A DNA stretch of 64,000 nucleotides from Vicugna vicugna. Lineage: Eukaryota. Positions 10,996 through 22,650 of the stretch are shown in pieces. The notes below the pieces were generated by a model that saw nothing but the letters and a program-made list of their open reading frames with translations, had not been told where the DNA came from and did no database searches. How positions within the stretch are numbered: the stretch's first letter is position 1; each line of letters begins with the position of its first letter. The position numbers and the translations under genes are program-made. Where the stretch lies: positions 1 to 64,000 of the forward strand of contig MU060195.1 of NCBI GenBank assembly GCA_013265495.1. The letters are read 5' to 3'.

Positions 10996-13900
10996 TCACT
11001 CCGTTCCCACTCAAGCCCTGGGGGGCCCCACTGTCCTCCCACTGAACAGACGACAGACTGAAGCCTTGGGGAAGTCGGCGCTGAGAGGACCGGCCAACCT
11101 CGGCTGCCGGTGCCGTCCTGGCCGTGAGTCACGGCGACTTTCTTGCAGGCTGGGCTTCAGAGGGGTTTGAGCACTTTGTGGCCCCTGCAGTCCAGCCAGG
11201 GCAGCGGCCAAGCCAGGAAATGGAAACCACTTTTTCTTTTAATCTCACCTGAAAAAAAGTCTGCAGCCCAAAGAAAACCACAAACAGCAATGCAAAGCCG
11301 AATGAAAGTAACACTGGCGTTACCGGCTCCTTGGGATGGTCTCCACGCTGCTGCCTTTGATGGTGGGAATAACAGAAAGTAGAGGAGAAAACTTCTTTTC
11401 CCCACTCGCCCGTGAGAATCACGAAGATTCCAGTATGTTCTTACAGGGCGGTCATTCACAAAACACGTGACAGTCCACACATTCCTTTTCTCCTGAAATG
11501 CTCTCGGGACCCTTGACGGCTCGTTAAGGACCCGCACAAGCCCCCTCCGCTCACACAGGCCGGCCGGCACCCTCACCCCGAGAATGTCGCTGCTGGGCGA
11601 GGACTGGCCAGTCGCAGGGAGGGCGGGTCAGAGAGAGGCGCTGTTCTGTAGGGCTGCCTGCCCTCCCCACCGCCTTTTATTTTGACATCTGGGGCTGTAA
11701 CCCAGAGTGCACACAGATTGGAGGTGCCATCTCATGCCAGCTGTGAGACAGGGTACAACAGAACCTGAGTGCAGACACACCGTCATTTGTCTGTCGTGAC
11801 ACTTCCAGAGGGAAGATGCCGTGGCCAAATCAAACAGCCGCTTTTGCACAGAGGGTTTTCCTTTGCCACTCAGGCTGTCCGCACCTCTGAGTGGGGGGTT
11901 TCACAAGCTGCAAAACTTCATTTCTTGCAAGAGCACTAACCTGCTTTCCCACAAATGGGTAAATGTGGCTCTGAATGCAGGCTGTGACTTAGAAACTGTT
12001 GGAACCCCAGAAAAAGAAAGACACCAACTCCAATGCAAAAGCTGAGGCCGTCGGTTGCCAAATGGTGCCACCAGCCTCGGTTTAATTTAATGGCTGTCAC
12101 GATTTAATGGATTAAGTTGTAACATAGCAATTATTTTAACTTTTCAAAGAATGACCAATTTCTAATAATTTACCCATATACTGATCACTTAAATGTATTG
12201 AGCACCTACTGTATGCCAGGGAGATGGCTCCCTACTTTACACGGTGTCTTGTTCAATCTCTAAAAAATAAGCCCACGAGGCTTGGAGGGCCGAAGTGCGC
12301 TGCCTGCGTCGCACAACAAGGACGCGGCAGAGCAGCATCTGGACGAGCGGCCACACCCTCCAGCCTGCCCACGCTCCCAGCACAGGGCACACAGCTCCCG
12401 AGGGCTCTGCTCACAGCCCGGGGTGCCCGTCATCAGGCGCGATGCAACGCAGTCTCACCGTAGCTGCCGAGAAGCAGCATTTTAAGTGTTTGAAATTTCA
12501 AAACACTGTATCAAATGCATTTCTGCAAAATTCCCACTTTTTAGTTCCGGCCAGTGTAAAATGTTTGTTCATCTGAAAGTTGGAAAAGTAAAAAGATTTT
12601 CTATGGGGAGGGTGGTCTGAAAAGCTGGCGGCTGATTGCACAGCTGAAGTTGGAGCAGACATGCTGACACTTCTGTGTTCTTAGAAACTGGGTGGAGAAT
12701 CACAAGTGTGAATTTAAAATAAGTGTTCTTCATTTTAATGCCTTTTATGACATGTCAGAAAATCACCCTGGGTCCTACACTCCAACTTTTTAATTGAGCA
12801 ACAAAGTACATATTCACTGAGTGTAGTTCACATCTCACCACAAGATGACCTTTGGTGACTCAAACCTTCTGAAAACCCTCAGGTTTGCGATTGTTGTGTC
12901 ATCCCGCGCCTGGCATCTTTAAAGGGAAATAATTTTTAAAGTTTAGTTTCCAGCGAGAATAGGATTGGCAGGTAAAGACGACAAGTTTCAAGGGCAGGAC
13001 AGTGTCTGGATCGGCCCCGCGGGAAGGGGCCACAGTGCACCTGAGGGCGTCCGCCCAGGGTGTGAGGAGCTTCCAAGTTGGTGTGGAACACAAGTCGTAT
13101 TACTGTGAAGGCACAGCAGCGCCACAGCTCTGTGAAACTGTCATTTTTGCAAAAATCATGGACATTTTGAAAGAAAATCAACAGGTTATTTACAGCTAAA
13201 CGAGAGGGGTCTTGACTCAGTCAAAGAGCGCGCAAATCAAACAAAAATGTTTTCAGTGCTTGAGGCTTGTTTGATGACCAGGCTCAGCATTACCCTGAAA
13301 GACGATGCTTACAAAATGAGAGAAAATTAGGGAACGTCCTATTCTTCAGATGTGAGAAAATGTCTCTTTTTGATGAAAAGGGACAGCACAACTGAAGAAG
13401 AAAAAAGTTACTCCCCTCAAATGACACTGCCAAGTAACACAGTTTCAGGAGCCCAAACACCATAACTGAATTGGTTGAGAGACTTTAGGTTCTTAGGTAA
13501 TTAACTCACACTATATTTTAGATTTTTTCACTATATTTATAGTGATTTTTCTCTGTGAAGATATGTTCATTGGAATGTTTATCATTTACCTTTTTTTAAT
13601 TTTAACAAGAAGCATATTTATGGGAGTTATTTGTCAGTCTAGATTTGCTTGATGGCAATATTGAAAAATATTGAAATGCTGAATATTGAAAACTGAAGCA
13701 GTACCACTGGCTGGAAGAGCCGGCAGGCGTCTGTGTGGAGAGGGAGCGGTCTGCAGGTGGCTGAGGCGCGAGTCATCGTGCACCGAGCCCGTGGAAACCC
13801 TGTCCTGCCAGGAGCCACCGCGTCACCCGGCAAGAACACCTCCTCACAGTGCCACCCGTGACGCCACACAGGGCATCTGCTCAGGTGGTAAAAGCGTTAG

Positions 13901-14880
13901 ATGTTCTGAAAGGCTAACAAATTCTGGTCTCACTATTTGTTCATTAGAAAATCTGGATTTAAGTGGAAATGCACTCCGTAGACCTACCGTGGTGCAGTCG
14001 GGGGAGATGCCGACCAGAAGGCTGGCGCTCAGAAGCCACTGTTGTTTTTCTTGATGAGAATGGGAAGGCAATGGGAAGGTTGTAAAAGGATGAGTCCTGG
14101 CAAACAGCTGTGTTGACCCCGAGTTGGCTTACTTGCTACCTGTGTTCTTAAGACTGAATGTCCCAAGTCAAGGCAAACCTTACGGGCGCGTTAACCTCCC
14201 ATGAAGACTGCTGCAGGGAACCACGGCTGGGTGAAAAATCTGACCTTGGAGACACTTAATTTGATGTGTGTTAAAGTATATGTGGTAATTTTTTTTAAAA
14301 ATCTTTCATCAAGAGAAAGAGTTTGAATGAGTATTTCCCAGACTCTGAATTAGAATCTGATCCATGTGTCAGAGAGCCTCACACTGAAGACCCCTGGAGT
14401 CAACTGTGTGGCACAAGGGACCTAAGAGATACCTTAATGAATTTCCTCCGCAGCGGCGCCAAACATCAGGAGGCACAAACCTTACACGCCCTCAGGGTGA
14501 CATAAATTAGTGAGCCTGAGGCCGGCGGGGATGCCTGTCTGACGGCTTTTATTTTCCTTTTGTGGGGGAGGGGCTGGATTCTGTCCTCATGTCACCGGTA
14601 TGGGACCCCCTCCCGCTCCAATACGTCCCTAGCCGGGCAGGATTTGGGGCACTCCTCAGTCATTATTCTGATGTTACTTAGAAGCGATCAGAAAATGACA
14701 TTTACATGCCGATGACGTGAGTCGGGGTCCTCACAACGTGTGACGTCCAAATGGGACCAAATCTTATTACTCAAAATTATCTTTACGTGATGTGGGATAA
14801 TTTTCTGAAATGACAAACAAGATTTACATTGAAATGCATTGTCTTTTAGGGGGGACGTTAATTAGGGTTAGTTATTTATC

Positions 14881-14963
14881 TATTTTTCGAGGAGGTGCTG
14901 GGGATCGAACCTGGGAGCTTGTGTGTGCTGAGCATGGCTCCACCACTGAGCTGTACCCTCCCC
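14881..14963 (-). mobile_element. Camelid tRNA-derived SINE (Vic-1-like)
   Basis: The reverse strand reads GGGGAGGGTACAGCTCAGTGGTGGAGCCATGCTCAGCACACACAAGCTCCCAGGTTCGATCCCCAGCACCTCC plus an A-rich tail. Pol III A box (CAGCTCAGTGG) and B box (GGTTCGATCCC) are present. Confidence 0.85.
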
Positions 14964-15550
14964 TGCCCCGAAGTGCACTGTCTTTTAAAACGGCATTTAA
15001 ATAAATTTTAATTCAAATCAGCCATTGTTCACCCATTATCCAAGAAAAGAATTTGTTTTGTTTTAGTTTGAAGGTAAATAATGTGAAATGTTCTTACCGT
15101 GAAAGGGGGTCCTGTAATAAAACGCTGTGCCACTTCCTTTGAAGAATAAATCAAAGTGTATTTACTATCAATCAACAGTAAAAGAACTCGTCACCTGGCC
15201 CCAAGAATTCTCTTTTGATGGGCTGCCACCAGAGAATGACTTAAAGTCTAGAATCTGTACTGAAATCGTTCCTGATGGGCGCTTTATACAGGCTAATCTT
15301 ACCTCACTCCATCATTTGTGGACACAGACACATCTGGAATCTGATTATAACTGCACTCTTCTCAGTTGCCCGCTTTCTTTCCAACACCTTCATTCTTATA
15401 CCCTCTTGACTAAGTTAACAGCAGCGTTAAAATACAATCCCAATTCCATTCAGCATAATGGTTTCAATTGTTTTTCTTGTCTTATTTACTTACATGAAAT
15501 TTCCATGACTACTTGATTTTTTTAAATTCCCACTTTGAATACCCAGTGCC

Positions 15551-15797
15551 TGTGTGTGTGTCACTGTGTCTGTGTCTGTGTCTGACTTTGTGTCTGTTTG
15601 TGTCTGTGCATCTGTCTGTGTGTGTATGTGTGTCTGTGTGTCTGTATCTGTGTGTCTGTGTCTGTGTGTCTGTATGTCTGTCTGTGTTTGTGTCTGTGTG
15701 TCTGTCCGTCTGTGTAAAACTGCGTCTGTGTCTGTGTGTCTGTATCTGTGTGTTTTTGTCTGTGTGTCTGTCTGTGTGTGTGTCTGTGTGTGTGCAC
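15551..15797. repeat. Compound TG/TGTC/TGTGTC low-complexity tandem repeat (about 250 bp)
   Basis: Directly visible; it generates the C/V/S-rich and H/T/D-rich ORFs in the track. Confidence 0.95.
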
Positions 15798-16309
15798 GTG
15801 ATTTTCACTATCATACATCTGTCAAGTCAGTCCCAACTTTTATTTGACAAAAATGAAAAGGAGAAATCATTCAACAGTTCATATTATTTAGTTACTGGTC
15901 ATTTTCATTTAAATCTTAAATCTTAGGCAACATGATGCATGGTAAAATTATGGTTTACTGAAATAACTGGGTCTGTTTACCCAGACGCAGAGTCACTGCA
16001 TTCTGAATGCGATGTTTGATCAGGCAGATGGGTGGAAACCCTCCTGTTTGCAGAGGGGTTTTTGCCTCGGGGGCTGGTCCTGCCTCCACCGCGCAGCTTT
16101 GTTCAGGAAGAGCCGGAAGTCTCGGTCAGACCTGCCTTCTCTTTAAAATAATAAACATATGATTTTATATTGATTACTCCCTTTTTAATTTAGGGGAATT
16201 ATTGCATATATTTGCTGCCTAAAAAATAGACTGTTTAGTTTCACAGAATGTCATCAAAGTGTATGTTGTTTTTTGAGACTTGCTTTATTGATTCAACAGA
16301 ATGACACTA

Positions 16310-16680
16310 ATAATTATCCATGCTCTCGCTTGTCCCTGAAAGTGTTCCGCTGTGAAAGGTACCACAATTTATATATTGTCTGTCAATGACACCTGAGTGA
16401 TTTCCACTTTTGGGGTTTTTGTTTGTTCGTTTACAGTTAGTGCTGTTTTGTGCGGGTTTCGTGGAGCACATCTGACAAAGTTTTCCTTGGGGAATTTGAG
16501 CTTCGGGGTGAAATTGATAGATTATCAAGAATGCAAAATTCAGCCCTGCATTGTTTTCCAAGTGGTTGCACCAATTGATAAACTCCCACCACCAATACTG
16601 AAGAAATTCTTGACGTGCATTCTGTCCCACATTTCACTTTGTCAGACAGTTTCATTTTTGTTACTCGGAAGTAAAATTGA
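16310..16680 (-). mobile_element. Old L1M ORF2 3' fragment
   Basis: ACACCTGAGTGATTTCCACTTTTT...GTTTTCCAAGTGGTTGCACCAATTGATAAACTCCCACCACCAATAC, the antisense L1M ORF2 C-terminal region. Confidence 0.7.
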
Positions 16681-16683
16681 GGC

Positions 16684-17583
16684 CTATAAATGACCAGTAG
16701 GCATATGAAAAAAGGCTCAATATTGCTAATTATCAGAGAAATGCAAATCAAAACTGCAATGAGTTATCACCTGACACCAGTCAGAATGGCCATCATTCAA
16801 AAATCCACAAACAATAAATGCTGGTGAGGGTGTGGAGAAAAGGGAACCCTCCTACACTACTGGTGGGAATGCAGTTTGGTGCAGCCATTGTGCAAAACAG
16901 TATGGAGATGCCTCAAAAAACTGAAAATAGACTTATATGATCCAGCAATTCCACTCCTGGGTATCTATCCAGAGGGAACGCTAATGCAAAAANNNNNNNN
17001 NNNNNNNNNNNNNNNNNNNNNNNNNNNNNNNNNNNNNNNNNNNNNNNNNNNNNNNNNNNNNNNNNNNNNNNNNNNNNNNNNNNNNNNNNNNNNNNNNNNN
17101 NNNNNNNNNNNNNNNNNNNNNNNNNNNNNNNNNNNNNNNNNNNNNNNNNNNNNNNNNNNNNNNNNNNNNNNNNNNNNNNNNNNNNNNNNNNNNNNNNNNN
17201 NNNNNNNNNNNNNNNNNNNNNNNNNNNNNNNNNNNNNNNNNNNNNNNNNNNNNNNNNNNNNNNNNNNNNNNNNNNNNNNNNNNNNNNNCTACAAATCAGA
17301 TACCGACTTGCAGACACAGACAATCTTATGGTTACTGAGAAAAGGGACTGGGAAAGGTTATATTTGGGAGTTTGAGATTTGCAAATGTTAGCCACTACAT
17401 AAAAAAACAGATAAAAAACCAAATTTCTTCTGTACAGCACAGGGAACTATAGTTAATGTCTTGTAATAACCTTTAATGAAAAAGAACATGAAAATGAATA
17501 TATGTATATGAATGCATGACTGGGACCTGATGCCGGACACCAGAAACAGACACGTTGTAACTGACTGTACTTCAATTAAAAAA
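16684..17583 (+). mobile_element. 5'-truncated camelid-type L1 (ORF2 C-terminus plus 3' UTR) spanning an N gap
   Basis: AGAGAAATGCAAATCAAAACTGCAATGAGTTATCACCTGACACCAGTCAGAATGGCCATC... encodes L1 ORF2-like [30 protein letters not shown]; ends ACTGTACTTCAATTAAAAAA. The segment missing across the gap, estimated from the in-window copies at 25595-25828 and about 10245-10305, is about 295 nt, matching the 296-N gap. Confidence 0.9.
16993..17288. other. Assembly gap (296 N)
   Basis: Run of N. Confidence 1.
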
Positions 17584-17727
17584 CAACGCTGTCTCGTTTG
17601 CATTTCCATTGTTGTTAGTGAGGCTGAGCAGCCCCGGGGTGTTTGGCCGTTGTGCTCCTCGTAGGGGAAATGCCTGCTTAGACCTTCCGCCTGTTTTCGT
17701 ATTCACTCCGTTGTTGCTTGTTAGTCA

Positions 17728-17880
17728 CAGTGGGCCCCTGAGAAACACAGGTTTGAGCACGGTGGGCGCACTTACATGTGGATTTTCCCACAATAAACGC
17801 GGAAGTGCTACAGAATCCACAATTTTTTTAATCTTTGGATGCTCTTAAGCTAAATAAATAAAAATCTCCTTTAGCTTAAG
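17728..17880 (+). mobile_element. Tigger2-like (TcMar) DNA transposon end fragment
   Basis: CAGTGGGCCCCTGAGAAACACAGGTTTGAGCACGGTGGGCGCACTTACATGTGGATTTT resembles the Tigger2 terminus CAGTTGACCCTTGAACAACACGGGTTTGAACTGCGCGGGTCCACTTATACGCGGATTTT as I recall it. Confidence 0.55.
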
Positions 17881-17958
17881 GGACGCGGTCGTCATTAGTG
17901 ACGGTGCTGAGAGTGCTGGGGCCAGGAGCTGGATGGGAAACGGTCCAGCTATAGTAGG

Positions 17959-18383
17959 TGTTGTGTGGGGGACTTGGTGATGCACCCAGACCCCCGTCAG
18001 CTATAAAGGACTTATCACTCCAGCTGCTGGGAGGGCTGCCAGCACACGGCCCTCAGTTATCAATCCCCTTTGGAGTTTGCTTCAGCTGCAGAAAAAGCCA
18101 CCTCGCCTGAGGCTATGTCCCTATTCCCATGTCAACCTGCATCCAATGACTGATCGACATAAAGTCCTGGTCCTCTGGATCCAGCTGCTCACAGCTGTAA
18201 GGGTGTGGCGCATCCTCAGAACTCCTTCCAGGGCTGGCTGGGGTGGTCCTGAGGCCACACTGCGCTTAGCTCCCCCACTCCCGCGGCATCTGCTTCTGCC
18301 CCTTCCCTTCTGCAGGTGTAGATCCCAGGAGTGCCTGGTAATAAAGCAACGGCTTGCCAATTTCTCTGCGAGCATCTGCTTCC
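17959..18383 (+). mobile_element. ERVL solo LTR, LTR16-like
   Basis: TGTTG start; CCAGCTGCTGGGAGGGCTGCCAGCACACGGCCCTCAG, CTGCATCCAATGACTGATCG, CAGGTGTAGATCCCAGGAG and AATAAA near the end, all characteristic of LTR16. Confidence 0.75.
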
Positions 18384-19199
18384 GATGCAGAAGTGGAAGA
18401 CGGTCTCACTGCAGGTGAGCCCTGTTAATGGGAGAGAGCAAGGAAATTGAAATGATGGTCGAAGACGACTATTTCAAGATGTTTGGCCACGGAGGAAAGT
18501 AAGAGAACTTAAAGGGGTGGTGACAGAATTTCCTGCCTCTCTATTTTTATTTGAGACATGCTTACATTTCATTAAGCAGATATACAAAGAGACACTTTCT
18601 TTAAGAAATACCTAAAAATGCTGGCGGGAAATTTGTTGAACATCTTCTGACATGACAAAGAGCAAAAAGTGAAGAGAACTCTCGGAGGGTGAAAAACAGC
18701 AGGAAAAAGCTTCAAGGACATAACGAGAAGGAGCAGCGCAAGCTCCTGAGCCGACAGTCACCCTGAGGGGCCTGCCAGCCCCTGGTGCTCCTGGACCTCT
18801 AGGGCTGATGGGCTGGATGTGAAGACAGGAAAGTGTAGGACCTCCTTAAGAGGCCACATCTGATCGAGACCCCCGCACAAAGCCGGGACCACCGAAGAGG
18901 ACTCTCACAGCGCAGTGGAACCCCCGAAGGACAACAGCCACAGAGCCTGTCCCCAGAGGGGCAGAGGTGCACCCAGCTCAGCCGTGTTCTGGCTGTCGGG
19001 GGAGGAGCTGCAGCGTCTACTCACAGAGGTTTGGGGCCAGATTTTACACCATCTCCGTAGCCTCCCCAGATTTCAGGCTAAGAATTTAATATACAAGATC
19101 TTTGTGTAGCACTTGGCTGATACACACCCAAATTCTCTTTAACACCTTAAACCCTGGCCTTCAGATCTCACAAATACAATTGAAATGGTTAAATGCGTT

Positions 19200-19730
19200 T
19201 TTAAAAATCACTTAATTCATTGAAAATACTATGAATAAGAATCAGCAGAAACAACACAATGGTTCCAGAAATACTATAGATTCTTTAATGGTCAGTTATT
19301 AAATATAAAATAAGTATGTCTAACACTTTGTAGAAAAATAAAGTAGTATATTGAAGGTGTGGCCAAAATTGAAAGATGGTTATCTTTATAAAGGATAAAA
19401 TGGGTCTGGAAGTCTAGAAATGACATAGGAATTTCAAAAATGATGGCTATAGTCACTGAAAATTGGATATGCAATGGGTCGTTTAAAGAACAAAAGTCAG
19501 TGAAGGTTTAATAAGTTAAAAGATTTAAATGAATAAACCAAAAGACAGATAATGCTGTAATTAAGGAAGAAGAAAAATCTTCAAAGAAAAAATAATGATG
19601 GCATTTTCCAAACAAACAAAAATGCTGATGTTTCTAAAACACAGATTCACAAAGGAAATTCTAAGGGATATTCTCCAGGAAGAGAGAGAAGCTAGTATGT
19701 GTGGAAACCCAGTCAGACAATGGCTGCAGA
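19200..19730 (+). mobile_element. Ancient L1 ORF1-region remnant
   Basis: A-rich degenerate sequence ending AGGAAATTCTAAGGGATATTCTCCAGGAAGAGAGAGAAG, like the end of L1M ORF1. Confidence 0.5.
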
Positions 19731-21654
19731 GATAGCAAGCACCGTGGTAAACGACACGTTTTATAGAATCTAATAAAGCAAGGTAGCGTTTAGAACGCTG
19801 CATTAACGCGTGGGTGGGACATGGTCCCACCGACGTGTCCGGCGCTGACGTTCCTAGAACACTCGTCAAATAAACGTGGCTAGCTGACAGACACCTCCTA
19901 GGGAGCAAGCCGGAGTTCTCAGAGCCTAAGTGTCTCCTCGTTGCCCCTATGAGGCATTATTTTGTGCATTATGTATATAACGTATAAAGGTTTCTTTACC
20001 TCGCAATCAAAACATGTTTTTTTAAGTGAGTTCAACATTTTCACTAATTTTTTAAATTGATGCTTAACTTTACCTCACATTTGGCCAGACTTTTTCAACC
20101 TTCAAAACACAAGGCTGTTCGCTTCAAACAGCCAGCGTCGGTGGCTCAAAGCGCCCGTGGAGAAGTTGACCCTTACGGAAGCTCATGGGTTTTGTCCAAC
20201 TTGTTTAGGCACCCATAGATCGTAAAATCGGCTCAGGATCGATTTTGATTTGCCTAAGAAGCAGCTTGTGAACCTGGGGGGTCCTAAATCAGTGTCATTC
20301 TGTTGGAACAAAGGCAGTGAAGGTGGGAGTGGGGAGGAAGGGGCAGACCTTCTCAAAGCTTTGATCAAGGTTTTCAAAGCTGATGATGAGGAATGGACCG
20401 GGACCAGCTCACTTCAGCACGAGTCTGCAGGGCTGCCTGACGTGGGCCCCAGTCTGCTGTATTTGCTTCGGGAAGCTCTTGTTTTTCTTCCACAGGAAAA
20501 CCGCTGCCAAGATGCCAGTGTCCCCACTGACTTATTTGGCAGCAAGTAGGTCTGTGGCCTCAGACGTGAACCCACGAGAGGGGCTCCCCAAGTTGGCAGG
20601 GCCCGTGTGTGCCTTCTGGGTCAGCTCCCTGACAGGCGCCACGGGCGTCTTCCCGGGGGAGTGCTGTCACACAGGACAGCGCGACAGTACTTGGGGCTGG
20701 AGTGCCGTGGGACCCGAGCGCTGAGGCTAAATTCTATGTCGCTAAACGCGCGTAGGGGAGGCCACGGGACGGTTTCAGGAGCTGTTACGGCAACACCACT
20801 TCCGTTTTCATCTGTGATACCGAAGCATCTATTGTCCGGTAAGCACAAAAGCTCAGGCCGGTACCGAGTACTGGGCTTCAAAGAGCGGCCAGAACCACGG
20901 AGCAGACTGAAGAGCTTAGTACCAGTCGTTTAAAACTACAAATCTGAAGCTTCCAGTGCAGATCAGGCTTTGTTTAAGAGGGAGACTGGGAGGAGGGGTT
21001 CCGTGAAAGCAGAAAAGGACACTGGGCACCTTTCTTTTCCCCACTGCCACCTCCGCCTTCTCCCCGGACCAGGGCCGGCAGCTGCCTGGAGCCCCGGGCA
21101 CAGGCCAGCTCTGCTCTCCCTGCAGAGCCCCCTCCAGGACCCTGGGGACAGGAGTGCAGGCTAAACGCGGCTCAGGTTTGTGCCTCTGAGCCAAATAATT
21201 GGTGAGTTTGGCCAAGACTCAAGTTCATTCTGAAGCATTAAATCAGTGTTGCAGGCTTGGTTCCAACATTAGAACAGCCCGAGCAGTGAACTGCGAAGCT
21301 GTCACCTTCCTCCTCCTGTCATCAATCTAACCTAGGTGACAGAAGCAGAGCAGTGCCAGGGCCTGGCCAGACGGCAGAAATCAGCCAGAGAATCAGAACA
21401 GTAAATTTCATTGTTCGCAACTCCTCTGAGCAAAGAGGCGGTGCTGAGGAAGGAACGGAATTCGCCCAACAAAGGAGACACTCGGAGGAGAAAGGAGTAG
21501 CCGTTTCAGTGCAAAATGAGAGAACTGGGGCGAGAACAGGAACAGGAGGAATCTTAGCACACCCCAAATTAGGCTGGGCTGTCAGAGACGTTTCACAGAA
21601 GGGTCTGAATCTGAAAAAAAAAATTAACGAGGAAGAGGAAAAGGAAGAGACAGG

Positions 21655-21800
21655 AAACAATTGGGGCGAAAGCGCGCTGCGGCCGGACGCCTGAAGAGAC
21701 GCCCCCAGGAGGACGAAGGGCCCCGGGGGAGGCGGGCGGCGCCGGAGGGGATGCGGGCTGCGCGCAGCGGCCCGAGGAGGAGCTCCGAGCCAGAGACACC
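21655..21800. promoter_or_regulatory. Small CpG/GC-rich island
   Basis: Dense CG (GCGCGCTGCGGCCGGACGCC...GGCGGGCGGCGCCGG...GCGCGCAGCGGCCCG) with no repeat origin that I could identify. Confidence 0.4.
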
Positions 21801-22447
21801 AACCCTTCAGGTTTTAAACACAAAAGCAATGATGTTATTACTTGGAGAAACTGTCATGTGTTAAACAGGGAAATGGCTCTCACTTCACCAGAGATGACAC
21901 TGGAGTGTTTCGAGGGGGGCTGACTGCGAATTACACCCTCCAGGTCCAGACAGTTGTGGGACACAGAATCACGACCTCCAGCACGTCGCTCACAGGCCTA
22001 GGAGAACACTCAGCTGACTGAGAACGTGCGTGGCTACAGGGCGCACGCGAGGAGGTGCGAGTGCTCGGTGTCGCACTCCCTTTGTGCGAATCATAAGCCG
22101 GACTGCCTCGATCGTGGTGCCACCGGCCTCCACTTAGGCCCGCGTGTGAGACGGTTTACTCCTGCTGACGCTTGCTGCTGAATGGAAGTTGGCCTGAGGG
22201 ACAGGGGGACGGCTGGAGACGCCTGTGAGGGTGGGAAGGAGGGGCACGATGGCCCAGCGCCCTTCCCTTCAAGCTGCCGGAAGCAAGATGAGCCGTGACA
22301 CTGAAGTGAAGGCCAGCAACACGCAGCACGCGGCGTCCTCCGTGCCATCGCTCTGTCTAACACGACGCGGTTACACATTTTATCTTTATGGGATAACAGA
22401 CATTAAATCGGGCCCTTCCCCTTTTCTCCATCTAAAAGTTCATATGA

Positions 22448-22650
22448 TTTTCTTTATTTTTAATCGAATTATAGTCAGTTACAACGTGTCCATTTCTGGG
22501 GTCCAGCCTCATGTTTGAGTCACACATACATGTACATACACCCGTCTTCGTGTACTTCTCCGTGACAGGTTTCTGCAAGGTACTCACTAGAGTTCCCTGC
22601 ACTGGACGGAAGAAACCTGCTGTTTATCTCTTTCGTAGATACTAGTTAAC
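22448..22650 (-). mobile_element. Camelid-type L1 3' tail
   Basis: TTTATTTTTAATCGAATTATAGTCAGTTACAACGTGTCCATTTCTGGGGTCCAGC...AGAGTTCCCTGCACTGG...TGCTGTTTATC. Confidence 0.8.

Noticed and set aside
13059-13186. Exon-like GVRSFQVGVEHKSYYCEG…IMDILKENQQ
   Set aside because: Weak acceptor and a poor GTTATT donor; no recognised protein.
14881-14963. Genuine tRNA gene
   Set aside because: The anticodon arm is degenerate and the element has an A-rich tail and a SINE-type end; it is a tRNA-derived SINE.
15127-15516. 129-aa ORF in AT-rich DNA (…TWPQEFSFDGLPPENDLKSRICTEIVPDG…)
   Set aside because: No recognisable domain, a GTG start and no matching donor; a few ORFs of this length are expected by chance in six frames of 64 kb.
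15509-15926. Four 85-137 aa ORFs on both strands
   Set aside because: All are translations of the TG/TGTC tandem repeat.
16876-17440. 171-175 aa ORFs (also 25180-25543 and 51696-52007)
   Set aside because: Their length comes from N runs translated as X; the real parts are decayed L1 ORF2.
19813-19831. GGTGGGAC-ATG-GTCCCACC hairpin
   Set aside because: An 8-bp stem is expected by chance in 64 kb.
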